DNA of 64,000 nt from Candidatus Krumholzibacteriota bacterium (lineage in GTDB: Bacteria > Krumholzibacteriota > Krumholzibacteriia > Krumholzibacteriales > WJIX01): positions 78,060 through 142,059 of the forward strand of contig JAXHNR010000002.1 in assembly GCA_034520215.1 (NCBI GenBank), given 5' to 3'. The position numbers and the translations under genes were made by a program. The notes beneath the pieces are model-generated. The model worked only from the letters and a program-made list of their open reading frames with translations. It was not told the origin of the DNA and did not search any database. This document shows, in pieces, positions 31,301 through 40,347 of this stretch (within the stretch, counting starts at the first letter, position 1; every line of letters begins with the position of its first letter).

Positions 31301-33227
31301 ATATAAGTAACGAGAAGATAAGAACAAGAAAGAAGGAAGAAAATATCACCGTTATGATCTCTTCTTTTCTCAGCATGGGGAAAATTTTCAAAGACATAAG
31401 CAGAATCGCGGCCACTGGTACAAGCTGTGTCCAGTTACCATTCAGCAGAAATGCCAAAAGAGACACCGTCAGAACAATTACAAGAACGAGCTCTTTCAAG
31501 CCGCCGTTCTTCCAGGCCAGAATCAGCCGTGAAACAAATATCAAAACAATAAAAATCGCTGAAACCGCGAAGAGAAGAGCGAGATGAAGAGAAAGAACCG
31601 GAGTTTCAAAAAAGCCGATATCAAGACCTACTATTTTTGGATTCGCGTTTCTGACAAGCCTCGATACCAGTTCAGAAGCGGCAACCGTTCCTGAAAATAG
31701 GAAAGCGGCGAGAAGGACTATTTTGCCCGCCGCTATGGCGGGATTAAACGAACCGGCGCGTAATATTCTTCTTTCCAGCACTCCCGGATAGAAAGTGCGA
31801 AATACCTTTATAGAACCAAACACAAAAAATAAACCAAAAAGAGATGTTAAAAGAAAATCGCCCGTCGTACGGAAAAGCCCCCCCGGCATATCATCCATGT
31901 ACATTACAGGATCGAAGAGATTCGTGCCGAGAAACGAACTCGGCATATTGAGCGACAGGAGAATGTGCCGAATCAAAGAAAGGAAAAACAGAAGGAGAGC
32001 AACCCTTCTAAGCATGAACCAGAATCCCTTCCCGCTTTCAAGCTTTCTCCTTGAATAAGTTCTGTAAATCCATATTGCGAGAATTGTTACAATCAATGTC
32101 AGCAACAACCCCGCCGTCAATGCCTTTTTTTCTTTCTTAAGTCTTTGTACTTCGTTGAAACTTCTTCCCCTCACGCGCAACCGGGCTAAGGGAAACCCCT
32201 CGGCCGAATTTATCACTCCGTAAAATCCTATTTCCCCGTTCGGATCAAAGTAAACCTTTGGTTCCTTTTCGTCCCCGACATCTCCCGGGAAGTCCTGCCT
32301 TCTAACCCCCCCAACCTGAAACGTAAAATCTATCTTTGCGTCATGTTCGGCTGAGAGAATTTCTTCCAGTCCTCTCTGGCGGATAAATCTGTTTTTCTTA
32401 ACGTAATTTACCTCCACGGGAGTATCCACAACAACTCTTCCCCAGTCATACTTCTGTTCTTTTATGAGCAAGGTGTAGATCTTAGTTTTCGCGGCGAAAG
32501 TGCCACGGGAGGAATGCGGCATTTCCCCTAAAAAACGGGGTTTTCCGCCCCACGCGACCCTTTCTCCGTCCTTTGTATAAATCTGCACACCTATTTCATT
32601 GCCGGATTCTACCCCTTCATATTTCCCCCTCGCCACTGAATCGACCTCGCGTATCAGGTAGGCCCTTTCAGTCCGGGTGAGTTTATCAACCCCGATATCT
32701 TCAACTATTTTACCTGATTTATCCGCGGCGGCTGCGATGAAGGATTCAACATCCTCTAACCTCTCTTGCGCGTCCGTGTATATTTTCTCCAGATGACTAA
32801 TCTCTTCACGCTTCCAGCTGTCCCTGTCGCCGGCGGCGGGGAAGAGCAGCAATATCAATCCCATCAAAAGCAAAAGTGAAATTACTAGAACCGGCTCTTT
32901 TTCTCCACCCGGAGCCGTTATTTCATCTTCTCTTATCCCCTTTTTCTTATGAAGGCCCGGCCCGACGATATCTTCCAGTTTTTTTGGATACCATTTTTTC
33001 CGGCTCTTAAGCTGTCCGCCTTTTCCGAGAAGCATTTTGCCGGGGGGAGGAAGAACAATAAAGGCGATAAATCCCGCGTCCAGAAGGATAAACATCAGCC
33101 AAAGAGGTGACGGCAGGCTTGTATTGCCGAGGGATAAAAAAGAGACTAAAAAAGCTATAGAGCCGGCGAGGAAGGCCCAAAGAGAGATATAAAAGAATTT
33201 CTGTTCTTTTTCATAATCCAAGCGCAA
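28362..33227 (-). CDS. Giant (1621 aa) polytopic sensor histidine kinase: >1100-aa multi-TM N-terminal region + HAMP + PAS + HisKA + HATPase_c
   Basis: H-box QIAHEVKNPLTPIKLSAQFM (NtrB/NtrY type), PAS (ILDNAATGVITSDESGTIITFNPAGEKIL), HAMP (DEIGELVDSFNSMTTGLREAR), ATP lid DTGTGL...GTGLGLAICRNIV; many TM helices in the first 1100 aa. Confidence 0.75.
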   Translation of the reverse strand: MRLDYEKEQKFFYISLWAFLAGSIAFLVSFLSLGNTSLPSPLWLMFILLDAGFIAFIVLPPPGKMLLGKGGQLKSRKKWYPKKLEDIVGPGLHKKKGIREDEITAPGGEKEPVLVISLLLLMGLILLLFPAAGDRDSWKREEISHLEKIYTDAQERLEDVESFIAAAADKSGKIVEDIGVDKLTRTERAYLIREVDSVARGKYEGVESGNEIGVQIYTKDGERVAWGGKPRFLGEMPHSSRGTFAAKTKIYTLLIKEQKYDWGRVVVDTPVEVNYVKKNRFIRQRGLEEILSAEHDAKIDFTFQVGGVRRQDFPGDVGDEKEPKVYFDPNGEIGFYGVINSAEGFPLARLRVRGRSFNEVQRLKKEKKALTAGLLLTLIVTILAIWIYRTYSRRKLESGKGFWFMLRRVALLLFFLSLIRHILLSLNMPSSFLGTNLFDPVMYMDDMPGGLFRTTGDFLLTSLFGLFFVFGSIKVFRTFYPGVLERRILRAGSFNPAIAAGKIVLLAAFLFSGTVAASELVSRLVRNANPKIVGLDIGFFETPVLSLHLALLFAVSAIFIVLIFVSRLILAWKNGGLKELVLVIVLTVSLLAFLLNGNWTQLVPVAAILLMSLKIFPMLRKEEIITVIFSSFFLVLIFSLLIYGTARGGYDRLKKRRIREMVDEFNHPEDSWIGTFLPDVCRDISHDKNVSSLVDSEEESAAFEIWTGSNLGKFDLPCLIDVYNNKGNKFSTFSLGIPLGIARDLPGDKTSFPGPRVIQKREETNKGAAYYFIGVSPIYSIEGKQIGKVEIKIPYFFENTGLLARRSPETPEIFHKEEKGGFRRRVDEPHNLLVARIESGAVEESSSPFLYTGAIVPGKSGEWFEIDAGEKKYRCIMDLDKDEKGYLVGYQIPGLAGRTIEWATVVSLEVILTIFSLVVLFVIRKLPVLGSVTPDVTFSGALGFKQKLLLSFFIVSILPVVAMGAFSNRFIKKRYKAEANREAEAGVESAFSLIEHSIKSEAESFAGSQYLNDILEGKESPRIRDISREEVTQFTLFTGSEILLDESLSNFRIEDALNLFETGRMEEVTITYSPPYLFGGVVIPISIPGASGGYLYYRRRMDDEFVGGIAQVLGKNVNIYYKGMINASSQRDLFTGGFLNALMEPLMFADAALGGGRTVIGTESLGEYSYHVAGISMKPLKGSVLGVLSVPLLYQATLVQKEIHKTRGLLMGLLALLFAASVTLGVFLAGRIFTPIAQLRGGTRKIIEGDLEFKLEAGAPDEIGELVDSFNSMTTGLREARRELLDRQKYLATILDNAATGVITSDESGTIITFNPAGEKILNISREGVIGTKPSDIKREELRPFFDLFSLGRARGEVREVDLYSDEAKRTIKAVVTSLPESGGKAGTVVVFDDLTELIRSKKLSAWVEMARQIAHEVKNPLTPIKLSAQFMRRAYGKKDEKFEEIFKSGIDTIMKHTDILRRIASEFSSFGRVSELKAEKVQLNEFIEEQISSYRGIEKIDIVFQPDGEIEVNADREGLRKVFNNLIENSIEAIEGPGRIVVKTSRVDDKALIKVLDTGTGLSSEVEEKLFEPYFSTKTTGTGLGLAICRNIVDQMAGEIILRNRTDTQGVEVIVTLPSL

Positions 33228-33307
33228 CAGGGCTCCAGGTACAAACAGTTAAACGACTTACAAAGCACTCCACCTGAAAACTCAAAAGAGATCATTCCTG
33301 ATTACAT

Positions 33308-34477
33308 TTATGCCTTGGATCTCCGGGCTTTTGCAATTCTGTTCTGCCATTCGACAAGGACCGGGCTTGCCACAAATATAGATGAATAGGTTCCGACGAC
33401 AACCCCTATAAGCAGAGCAAACGCGAAATCGTGAATAACTTCACCTCCGGTAAAATAGAGGAAAAGAACCACTATCAGAGTTGTAAGTGATGTAACTATC
33501 GTTCTGCTCAACGAGTCGTTTATGGAAATATTTATCATTTTATTATATGATTCCCGGCGGCGAATACTGAAATTTTCCCTGATTCGGTCAAATATAACAA
33601 TAGTATCGTTCAAGGAATATCCGACTATAGTAAGAAAAGCGGCTATAACAACAAGAGAGAGTTCCTTGCCGGTTATCGAAAAAATCCCCAGCGTTATAAG
33701 TATATCGTGAATTAATGCTATGATAGCCCCAACCGCGAATCTGAATTCGAACCGCCAGCTGATATATATAAGTATTCCGAAGAGAGAAATTACAATAGCC
33801 GCCCAGGCTCTTTTCTTAAGTTCTTCCCCTATCTTGGGGCCCACAGTTTCAGTGCGTCTTACTGTGATCTCTCTGGACGGGAAACTCTTGTTTATCTGGG
33901 TCTTTAATTTATCAGCGGCTTTAGATTCTATCCCCTGAAACGGGAGATTAAAGGCTATACGGCTTTCCGTTTCCATAGTTGCCGCCGTTATTCCAACGCC
34001 GTTTTCTTTAATATCTTCTTTCAGCGTTTCGAGAGGAGGAATATTTCTTCCCTCAACCACTATAAGATTCCCGGCTTTTTCACCGCCGCTTAGGTCATCC
34101 ACCATTTCCTTGATTGACAATATCTCCCAGCCGCTTTCAGGCGCGACACTATTAAGCGCGTCGAGGAGGTTGCCGGCAGCTATCCTGCCTTCTTTTATCT
34201 CTTCAACCTTTATAAGATATTCATTATTCTGGCCGAACTCCTGAATATTGGCATTTTCATACCCGGCTTTTCTCACAACATCCCGCAGGTCGTTAATGGG
34301 TACCGCTTTATCAAACATGATCTGCACAAGCGTTCCGCCTTCAAAATCGATACCAAGATCGGGGCCTCCGCGAATCAGAAGTGATCCCAGCCCGGCCAGG
34401 ATTACTATCAGGGAAATAATGAAAGCTTTATTCCTGAATTCCACAAAGTTAATTTCTGTTTTGCCAAAAAATCTCAT
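33308..34477 (-). CDS. secF: Protein translocase subunit SecF
   Basis: SecF N-term (FFGKTEINFVEF...), six-TM SecD/F core; directly downstream of secD. Confidence 0.85.
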   Translation of the reverse strand: MRFFGKTEINFVEFRNKAFIISLIVILAGLGSLLIRGGPDLGIDFEGGTLVQIMFDKAVPINDLRDVVRKAGYENANIQEFGQNNEYLIKVEEIKEGRIAAGNLLDALNSVAPESGWEILSIKEMVDDLSGGEKAGNLIVVEGRNIPPLETLKEDIKENGVGITAATMETESRIAFNLPFQGIESKAADKLKTQINKSFPSREITVRRTETVGPKIGEELKKRAWAAIVISLFGILIYISWRFEFRFAVGAIIALIHDILITLGIFSITGKELSLVVIAAFLTIVGYSLNDTIVIFDRIRENFSIRRRESYNKMINISINDSLSRTIVTSLTTLIVVLFLYFTGGEVIHDFAFALLIGVVVGTYSSIFVASPVLVEWQNRIAKARRSKA

Positions 34478-34498
34478 GCTTTCTCCTCAATTCATATA

Positions 34499-36232
34499 TC
34501 ATATACTGAGCTTCTTCACTCGACCACTTCTTGTCCAAAAATCGAAAACCATTCTGCTGAACACCAATGCCGTAAAGATACATCCCAGAATCCCTATGCT
34601 CAGTGTAGTGGCAAAACCCTTCACGGGCCCTGTTCCGAATTGCCAGAGCACAAAAGCTGTTATAAGAGTAGTCAGGTTAGCATCCACAATCGTCGTAAAA
34701 GCCTTAGAGAAGCCGGCATCCACAGAAGATCTTACTGTCTTCTTCTTGTTTAATTCCTCTCGAATTCTCTCAAATATAAGAACATTCGCGTCAATTGCCA
34801 TTCCTATAGTCAGAATAACTCCGGCCAGTCCGGGCAGTGTCAGCGCCGCTCCCAGGTAGGCGAGAAGCCCGAATACTATAAGAAGGTTGAATATCAAAGT
34901 AGCTGAAGCGATGACTCCGGATATTTTGTAATAAACAAATATAAAAAGAACTACAACCGCCAGCCCGAGCAGCGCCGCTTTTATACCCATTCTGATAGAG
35001 TCGCGGCCTAGAGTCGGCCCGACAGATCTTTCTTCTATAATCCTCATGTCGGCGGGCAAGGCTCCGGCCCTCAATACTATTGACAAGTCCCTGGCCTCTA
35101 TGTCGGTGAAATTCCCTTCGATAACTCCCCGGCCGCTTGGTATTTTACTCCTTATTACAGGATAGGATTTAATTTTCCCGTCCAGTATTATCGCCGTAAA
35201 TCTTCCCACATTTTTGCCCGTAAAAGAGGCTAGATGCCTGGCGCCTGTTCTATTGAAATTGAATTGCACCAGAAGTTTCTGCGGGGCTTCGGGGTCCGGT
35301 TTCGGGGTCGCGTTATTTAGATTCTTTCCGGAAACCATCTCGTCATTCGCCAAAAGGAAGAGAAATTTGCCTCTTCCCCCTCTTTCAGACAGAGGTACCC
35401 ATTCATCGAACCACATAAAATCACTGTCTTCGGGAATCACTCCCATTCCATCAAGCCGGGAGAGGAGCCTTCTAACGCGTTCTATATTATCCTCTTTTAC
35501 AACAACCCAGTCCCTGTAAAATCTAAAAAGAAGGGAGGTAAAAGGTTTTTCCTTATTTACAGTTTCTAAGGGGATATTCCCCAGACCGGCCTTATCACTT
35601 TCTCCGAGAAGAAGAGAGTCAGCATCGCTCCGGGCGCTCTCGAAATCTGTGCCCGCCGTATCTTGAGTTTCTTCGGAAAGAGCCGGTATTGCCCCCAATG
35701 TGTCTGCCGGCTGGTCTTCCACTTCGACAATAGAATCCCCGTGCTGCTTTAAAAGCGCTTCATCGAACCTTTTGAGAACCGCGGCCAGTTCCTTCTGTTC
35801 ACGCACCAGACGCCATTCAAGCATCGCGGTCTCACCGATCAGTCTCTTCGCTCTCTCCGCGTCCTGCAGGCCGGGCAGCTGCACGATAATTCTGTTTCTT
35901 CCCTCTTTCTGGATAACCGGTTCCGACACTCCGAATTGATCCACTCTATTTCTTATTACTTCAAGGGCTCTGTCTACTACATCCTTCTTCTCTTCTTCTT
36001 TCAGTTTTGAGTCGTCAACTTCCAGCACGAGATGCATTCCGCCCTTAAGGTCAAGCCCGAGCTTAAGAGATTTGTTCATAAGTTCATCAAACTCTTCGGG
36101 CTTTTCGATCCTCATCTTCTCTTTTTCCTGCTCAGACATAGTTACAAGCTTGAAAGTAGGGTAGAGAAAGTAGAGTGCCCCGATAAAAACCAGAAACACA
36201 ATAATCAGCTTTGTTCGCAAATCCTTTTTCAC
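34499..36232 (-). CDS. secD: Protein translocase subunit SecD
   Basis: N-terminal TM then LKLGLDLKGG periplasmic domain, C-terminal 6-TM SecD/F core; adjacent secF. Confidence 0.85.
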   Translation of the reverse strand: MKKDLRTKLIIVFLVFIGALYFLYPTFKLVTMSEQEKEKMRIEKPEEFDELMNKSLKLGLDLKGGMHLVLEVDDSKLKEEEKKDVVDRALEVIRNRVDQFGVSEPVIQKEGRNRIIVQLPGLQDAERAKRLIGETAMLEWRLVREQKELAAVLKRFDEALLKQHGDSIVEVEDQPADTLGAIPALSEETQDTAGTDFESARSDADSLLLGESDKAGLGNIPLETVNKEKPFTSLLFRFYRDWVVVKEDNIERVRRLLSRLDGMGVIPEDSDFMWFDEWVPLSERGGRGKFLFLLANDEMVSGKNLNNATPKPDPEAPQKLLVQFNFNRTGARHLASFTGKNVGRFTAIILDGKIKSYPVIRSKIPSGRGVIEGNFTDIEARDLSIVLRAGALPADMRIIEERSVGPTLGRDSIRMGIKAALLGLAVVVLFIFVYYKISGVIASATLIFNLLIVFGLLAYLGAALTLPGLAGVILTIGMAIDANVLIFERIREELNKKKTVRSSVDAGFSKAFTTIVDANLTTLITAFVLWQFGTGPVKGFATTLSIGILGCIFTALVFSRMVFDFWTRSGRVKKLSI

Positions 36233-36660
36233 TTTACCTCACTTTATTAAAACTTAAATCACAAACTTTATCGTATAATTCCAGCTCATATACACACACT
36301 TATCCGTTAAAAGACCGTACTCTCCCCTTAACGGTTTAGAATATCTAATTTACAACAATTTTACCTCTATAGTCAAAGATAAAATATAATAGAAGCTCAT
36401 AAAATTTTCCCTTTCCCCATTATAACACTAACAATCATAAGATATTATCCACGGCCGGGGGCCTAATCACCCTTTTTTTCGGTTTTCCCGGATAATGTAG
36501 GTATCGCCGCAAAAGCCGCCGCGGCCGCCTTTAACACAGCCGGGCGCGTAAATCTTGACAACCTTAGCGCCGGAAAGCAAACCGGGTCCGGCATATTTCT
36601 TTCTTGAATCGGCGGGCAGGCAAGCTTATATTAAGCACTAACCACAGAAAGGAAAATAAT

Positions 36661-36870
36661 ATGCAGCCCCTAAACTACCTTTGCCCCAAGTGCGGAGGCA
36701 ACCGTTATGAAACGGGAGAGATCCGCACCACCGGCGGTTTTCTAAGTAAGATTTTCGACGTTCAATCAAATAAATTTACTACGGTCGTATGCTCGAAGTG
36801 CAGATATACGGAAATCTATAAAGCAGACAGCAGTATGCTCGGTAATATCTTCGATTTCTTTACAGATTAA
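36661..36870 (+). CDS. Predicted nucleic-acid-binding Zn-ribbon protein (69 aa)
   Basis: CPKCGG...CSKCRYTE two CxxC pairs; AGGAAAATAAT RBS before ATG at 36661 (track start 36604 is further upstream). Confidence 0.55.
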   Translation: MQPLNYLCPKCGGNRYETGEIRTTGGFLSKIFDVQSNKFTTVVCSKCRYTEIYKADSSMLGNIFDFFTD

Positions 36871-37033
36871 TATTTGTTTTATTCATGCCGCGAGAGGTTT
36901 TTATGTTTTCTGATACAGGGGTTTTTATATATTTTTATTCTGTTTTTGTGTATGATTGCAAACGCGGCCATTGCCGAGCGGAGATCGAAGGATTTGAAGC
37001 ATTTCTTAAACTGGAAGCGGAAATTATCTCAAT

Positions 37034-38341
37034 ATGAGTGACTCGGATATTCTGAAAAAGCGAAACAGAGAACTTAAGGTTTTCAATTCAATCGCGAGAG
37101 AACTTAACGCTACAGTAAACCTCAGTGAAACCCTCCAAAAGGCGCTCACTGAAACCCTTCAGCTTATGGAGCTTGAAACCGGATGGATCTACCTCCTTGA
37201 TGACGAGTCCGGCGAAATGACTTTGTCTGCCGATGAAAATCTCCCCCCCGGCCTCAAAGAAAACTCTGAAGTTATGGAAGGTCCGTGTAACTGCCAGAGA
37301 AAATTCGCCAATGACAAGCTGACCTTCCCCGTCAATGTGGATAGTATCGCCTGCAGCCGTTTAAGTAAGTTAAATAAAGGGAATAACGGGCTTAAATATC
37401 ACACCAGTATTCCTCTCTATACGCGCAACGGAGCCAAACTCGGCATTCTGAATCTGGCAAGGCGGAAGTGGCACAAAATGAACGATAATCAACTGAATCT
37501 TCTTAATACTATTGCCGATTTCATAAGCGTGGCTGTTGAAAGATCAAAGCTCTTCGAGGAACTTCAGAGAATTAAACAGAACAAAATCGACGTTATGGAG
37601 CATGAGCTTCAGGCCGCCCGCGATATGCAGATGTCTCTTCTTCCGGACAAGCCGCCAAAAATCGCCGGAATAGAACTCTCAGCCGTCTGCGTTCCTTCAA
37701 GAGAGGTAGGGGGAGACTACTATAACTATCTCCGTCTGGATGATAATAAATTAGCTATAGTACTGTCCGATGTCTCCGGGAAAGGGATGCAGGGAGCTAC
37801 AATTGCCATGAGGTTCAACGAAATTCTCCGCTATGAAGTAAGGGGGGTTACCGATCCGGCGGAAATCCTTAAACGGCTCGATAAATCCTTACTCTCGATA
37901 ATGCCGCCCACTATGTTCATAACAGCCGGAATCGCCGTTCTGGATACCGAAGAGAAATCGCTGAATATAGCAAGCGCCGCTAATCCGGAAATATACCATT
38001 ACTCGGCAAAAAAGAACAGCGTTCGGCCGCTCGAGATCACAGGGCTGCCGCTTGGAATCTTAGAGGAACAGATATCGGATGAGCCTTTCAAAAGCGGCGA
38101 AGTATTATTAGAACCGGGCGATGCGGTAGTTTTCACCTCTGACGGAGTCGAAGAAGCAAGAGATGAGGCAGGATCGTTCTACGGCCGCGAAAGACTCTCA
38201 GACGTTATTCTAAGAATCTGCGGGGAAAAGAAGGGAGCGGAAGAAATCCGCGCCGGAATCACCGAGGATTTAAAAGATTTTACTTCAGATTCACCACAGA
38301 GTGACGACATAACCATTATAGTTCTCTCGGTCGATCCTTAA
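37034..38341 (+). CDS. GAF-domain PP2C-type serine phosphatase (SpoIIE/RsbU family)
   Basis: N-terminal GAF; C-terminal PPM/SpoIIE domain with GGDYYNY and SDGVEEA motifs. Confidence 0.75.
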   Translation: MSDSDILKKRNRELKVFNSIARELNATVNLSETLQKALTETLQLMELETGWIYLLDDESGEMTLSADENLPPGLKENSEVMEGPCNCQRKFANDKLTFPVNVDSIACSRLSKLNKGNNGLKYHTSIPLYTRNGAKLGILNLARRKWHKMNDNQLNLLNTIADFISVAVERSKLFEELQRIKQNKIDVMEHELQAARDMQMSLLPDKPPKIAGIELSAVCVPSREVGGDYYNYLRLDDNKLAIVLSDVSGKGMQGATIAMRFNEILRYEVRGVTDPAEILKRLDKSLLSIMPPTMFITAGIAVLDTEEKSLNIASAANPEIYHYSAKKNSVRPLEITGLPLGILEEQISDEPFKSGEVLLEPGDAVVFTSDGVEEARDEAGSFYGRERLSDVILRICGEKKGAEEIRAGITEDLKDFTSDSPQSDDITIIVLSVDP

Positions 38342-38360
38342 AGATCAGAAAAGCTGTTGC

Positions 38361-38711
38361 CTAATCCTTCTGGGAATTGGCTTTCTGTTTACGTTTGCAT
38401 TTATACATATTATTTTCAGCTTCCTTTAGGACTTTATCCATCCCCGTATTCATGTTTTTCTTGGTTGCAGTCCCTAAGGCCAGGGAAAGAGCTTTCCCTC
38501 TAATGAAAATTTCTTTGCACCCGGCAAATATCCTTTCGCATATTATCTTTAAATCATCATCTGTTGCTTGAGGCAAAAAGATGATAAATTCATCCCCTCC
38601 ATAACGGGCAACAATATCTTCCTTTCGGCAGGAACTTCTCAAAACTTCCGCTGCTTCCTTTATTGCTTCATCTCCTTCCCTGTGTCCGTACCTGATGCTC
38701 GGACCGGACAT
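38361..38711 (-). pseudogene. C-terminal fragment of a GGDEF (diguanylate cyclase) domain; truncated gene remnant
   Basis: ORF begins inside the domain: ...GDEAIKEAAEVLRS...VARYGGDEFIIFLP; no N-terminal half (DxLTGLxNR) is detectable upstream, where a GC-rich DUF456 gene sits. Confidence 0.5.
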
Positions 38712-38868
38712 CTCAGGTCGTTTCCATCGTTTTCCCCATGCGCACTAGGATCCGGTGTTTGATCAGATCCCGGCGCAGCGGGATAACGCCATCCGGTATA
38801 ATCCGCGTTGTTCCAGGATACGAACTCCCGCTGGATTCCCTTGGACGTACCACTGGCGGTATGATTGA

Positions 38869-39384
38869 TCAGGTCCAGGACCGAACAATGAATATCACGA
38901 GTATTCCCGTCGCGATGGCGAACTTGGCGAAAAAGGCCCATAGCTTGCCGACGAATGCCCAGAACCCCACGTTGATAGCGTTCTCCATCTTCTTGTACTG
39001 GATGTATTCGGCGGCTACCGCCCCGGCGAAGGCTCCGAACAGCCCGAAGATCACGCTTCCTATGACCGGCATGGCGGACGTCCCCAGCACAGCTCCGACA
39101 ATGCCGCCAGCCAGCGCCCCGACAGCACCCCACTTCGAGGCGCCTTTCTTAATCGCGACGGCCGACCCAAGCAGCACTTCTATGACCTCCCCGATCACCA
39201 CCAGCACGACCATCACCACCCACCACTGCCACCCGATAACGGTGAACTTGTTGGCCAGATCATATATTAATATGACTCCCAGACTAATCCATCCTCCCGG
39301 CAGTCCCGTAAATATGAGAAGATTTAAGAGGAATACCAAAAAATAGAGGAGGACGAGTCCCGTGTGCTGCAGAACCGATACCAA
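38869..39384 (-). CDS. DUF456-family small membrane protein
   Basis: Gly/Ala-rich TM helices, N-terminal FTGLPGGW motif typical of DUF456; markedly higher GC and different codon usage than flanks. Confidence 0.55.
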   Translation of the reverse strand: MVSVLQHTGLVLLYFLVFLLNLLIFTGLPGGWISLGVILIYDLANKFTVIGWQWWVVMVVLVVIGEVIEVLLGSAVAIKKGASKWGAVGALAGGIVGAVLGTSAMPVIGSVIFGLFGAFAGAVAAEYIQYKKMENAINVGFWAFVGKLWAFFAKFAIATGILVIFIVRSWT

Positions 39385-39530
39385 AACCTGCTCCTTTCAC
39401 AAGTCCATATAACATGAACAACTCGCCGTAATGAAACAGCCGCCGACTAGAACGATGACAGCTCTTATCTTGAACATGAACCTTAAAAATTCTAAGACAT
39501 CCGTCTTTTTATGTCAACGGCATCCCGGCC

Positions 39531-39837
39531 AGGACTTTCCCCAATTTTTATTACCACGCAGGAGATTAATTAATTCGTAAAGTATGCGGCTGAATGATAT
39601 TTTCAAAATCGTGGTCAATTCCCCCGGCGAGTGAATTGTACGCTCTGCGCCTCGGGCTCGCTCTTTCTGCCCCTTCGGGTCAGAAATCCTTGCCCGCTCG
39701 CCCTCCGGAGGGTTTTGAAAATATCATTCAGCCGCACTCATCAGCAATGAAAGCCCTATTCCACTTACTAATCCTGATAACTGATTGTATCTCGCAATGT
39801 TATTACAATACTTGCCGAATTTTCAGAGGGAACTCCA
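39531..39837 (+). mobile_element. 307-bp MITE-like non-autonomous element, copy 1, flanked by 10-bp direct repeat CATCCCGGCC
   Basis: Direct repeats at 39521..39530 and 39838..39847; ends GGACTTTCCCC.../...GGGAACTCC; internal 25-bp inverted repeat GCGGCTGAATGATATTTTCAAAA / TTTTGAAAATATCATTCAGCCGC around a GC-rich core; ~85-90% identical to copies 2 and 3 over the 3' two-thirds. Confidence 0.7.
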
Positions 39838-39959
39838 ACATCCCGGCCTCTCAGAAACAGACATAATATAAAGAAGTTGCCTTGAGGCCTTCTTTGGCTT
39901 ATAATCTCAAACCGTTAAATAATTAGCTTGTTTTTTATAACCGGTCTGGATGTTTACGA

Positions 39960-40226
39960 ATGAAAACTTTTATTACTATTTTTGCCACAGTTCTTTTCGC
40001 GGAGCTTGGAGACAAAACACAGATCGCCACTTTGCTCTTCGCGACAGATAAAGAGAATCCTAAATCAATGGTGTTCTTCGCCTCCGCGGCCGCGCTTGTC
40101 ACAGCTTCGGCGATCGCTGTCATGCTGGGAAAGATGTTCGAAAATTATGTAAATCCTAAATATCTTTCATGGATAGCGGGCGCGGGGTTTATTGTTATCG
40201 GGATCTGGACGATCGTTAAAGCTTAA
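39960..40226 (+). CDS. UPF0016 (GDT1/TMEM165) family membrane protein, single-repeat form
   Basis: Signature AELGDKTQIATLLFA (E-x-G-D-K-T), 88 aa, 3 TM. Confidence 0.65.
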   Translation: MKTFITIFATVLFAELGDKTQIATLLFATDKENPKSMVFFASAAALVTASAIAVMLGKMFENYVNPKYLSWIAGAGFIVIGIWTIVKA

Positions 40227-40347
40227 ATGTAACGGTTTTTTCAATACGCTGTGGGGGTCCTTTGCGGCAACTCTTCTTTCTTTTCTTTAGTATAATCTGA
40301 TATACATACTATACTTTCTATACTTTTTTATCTTAAAAAACTATCAT

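Noticed and set aside
38660-39133. 157-aa Arg/Gly-rich ORF on the minus strand and 202-aa ORF 38738..39346 on the plus strand
   Set aside because: These are out-of-frame or antisense readings of the GC-rich DUF456 gene region, with low-complexity Arg-rich translation. DUF456 reading (38869..39384) has coherent TM-helix periodicity.
39594-39866. ORFs of 79-94 aa on both strands inside the three 307-bp elements (39594..39866, 54882..55166, 55990..56229 on +; 54678..54929 and 55828..56037 on -)
   Set aside because: They start inside the GC-rich core, differ in length and N-terminus between copies, and are conserved only because the DNA is repeated. The compensatory-substitution pattern points to RNA/DNA structure rather than coding.
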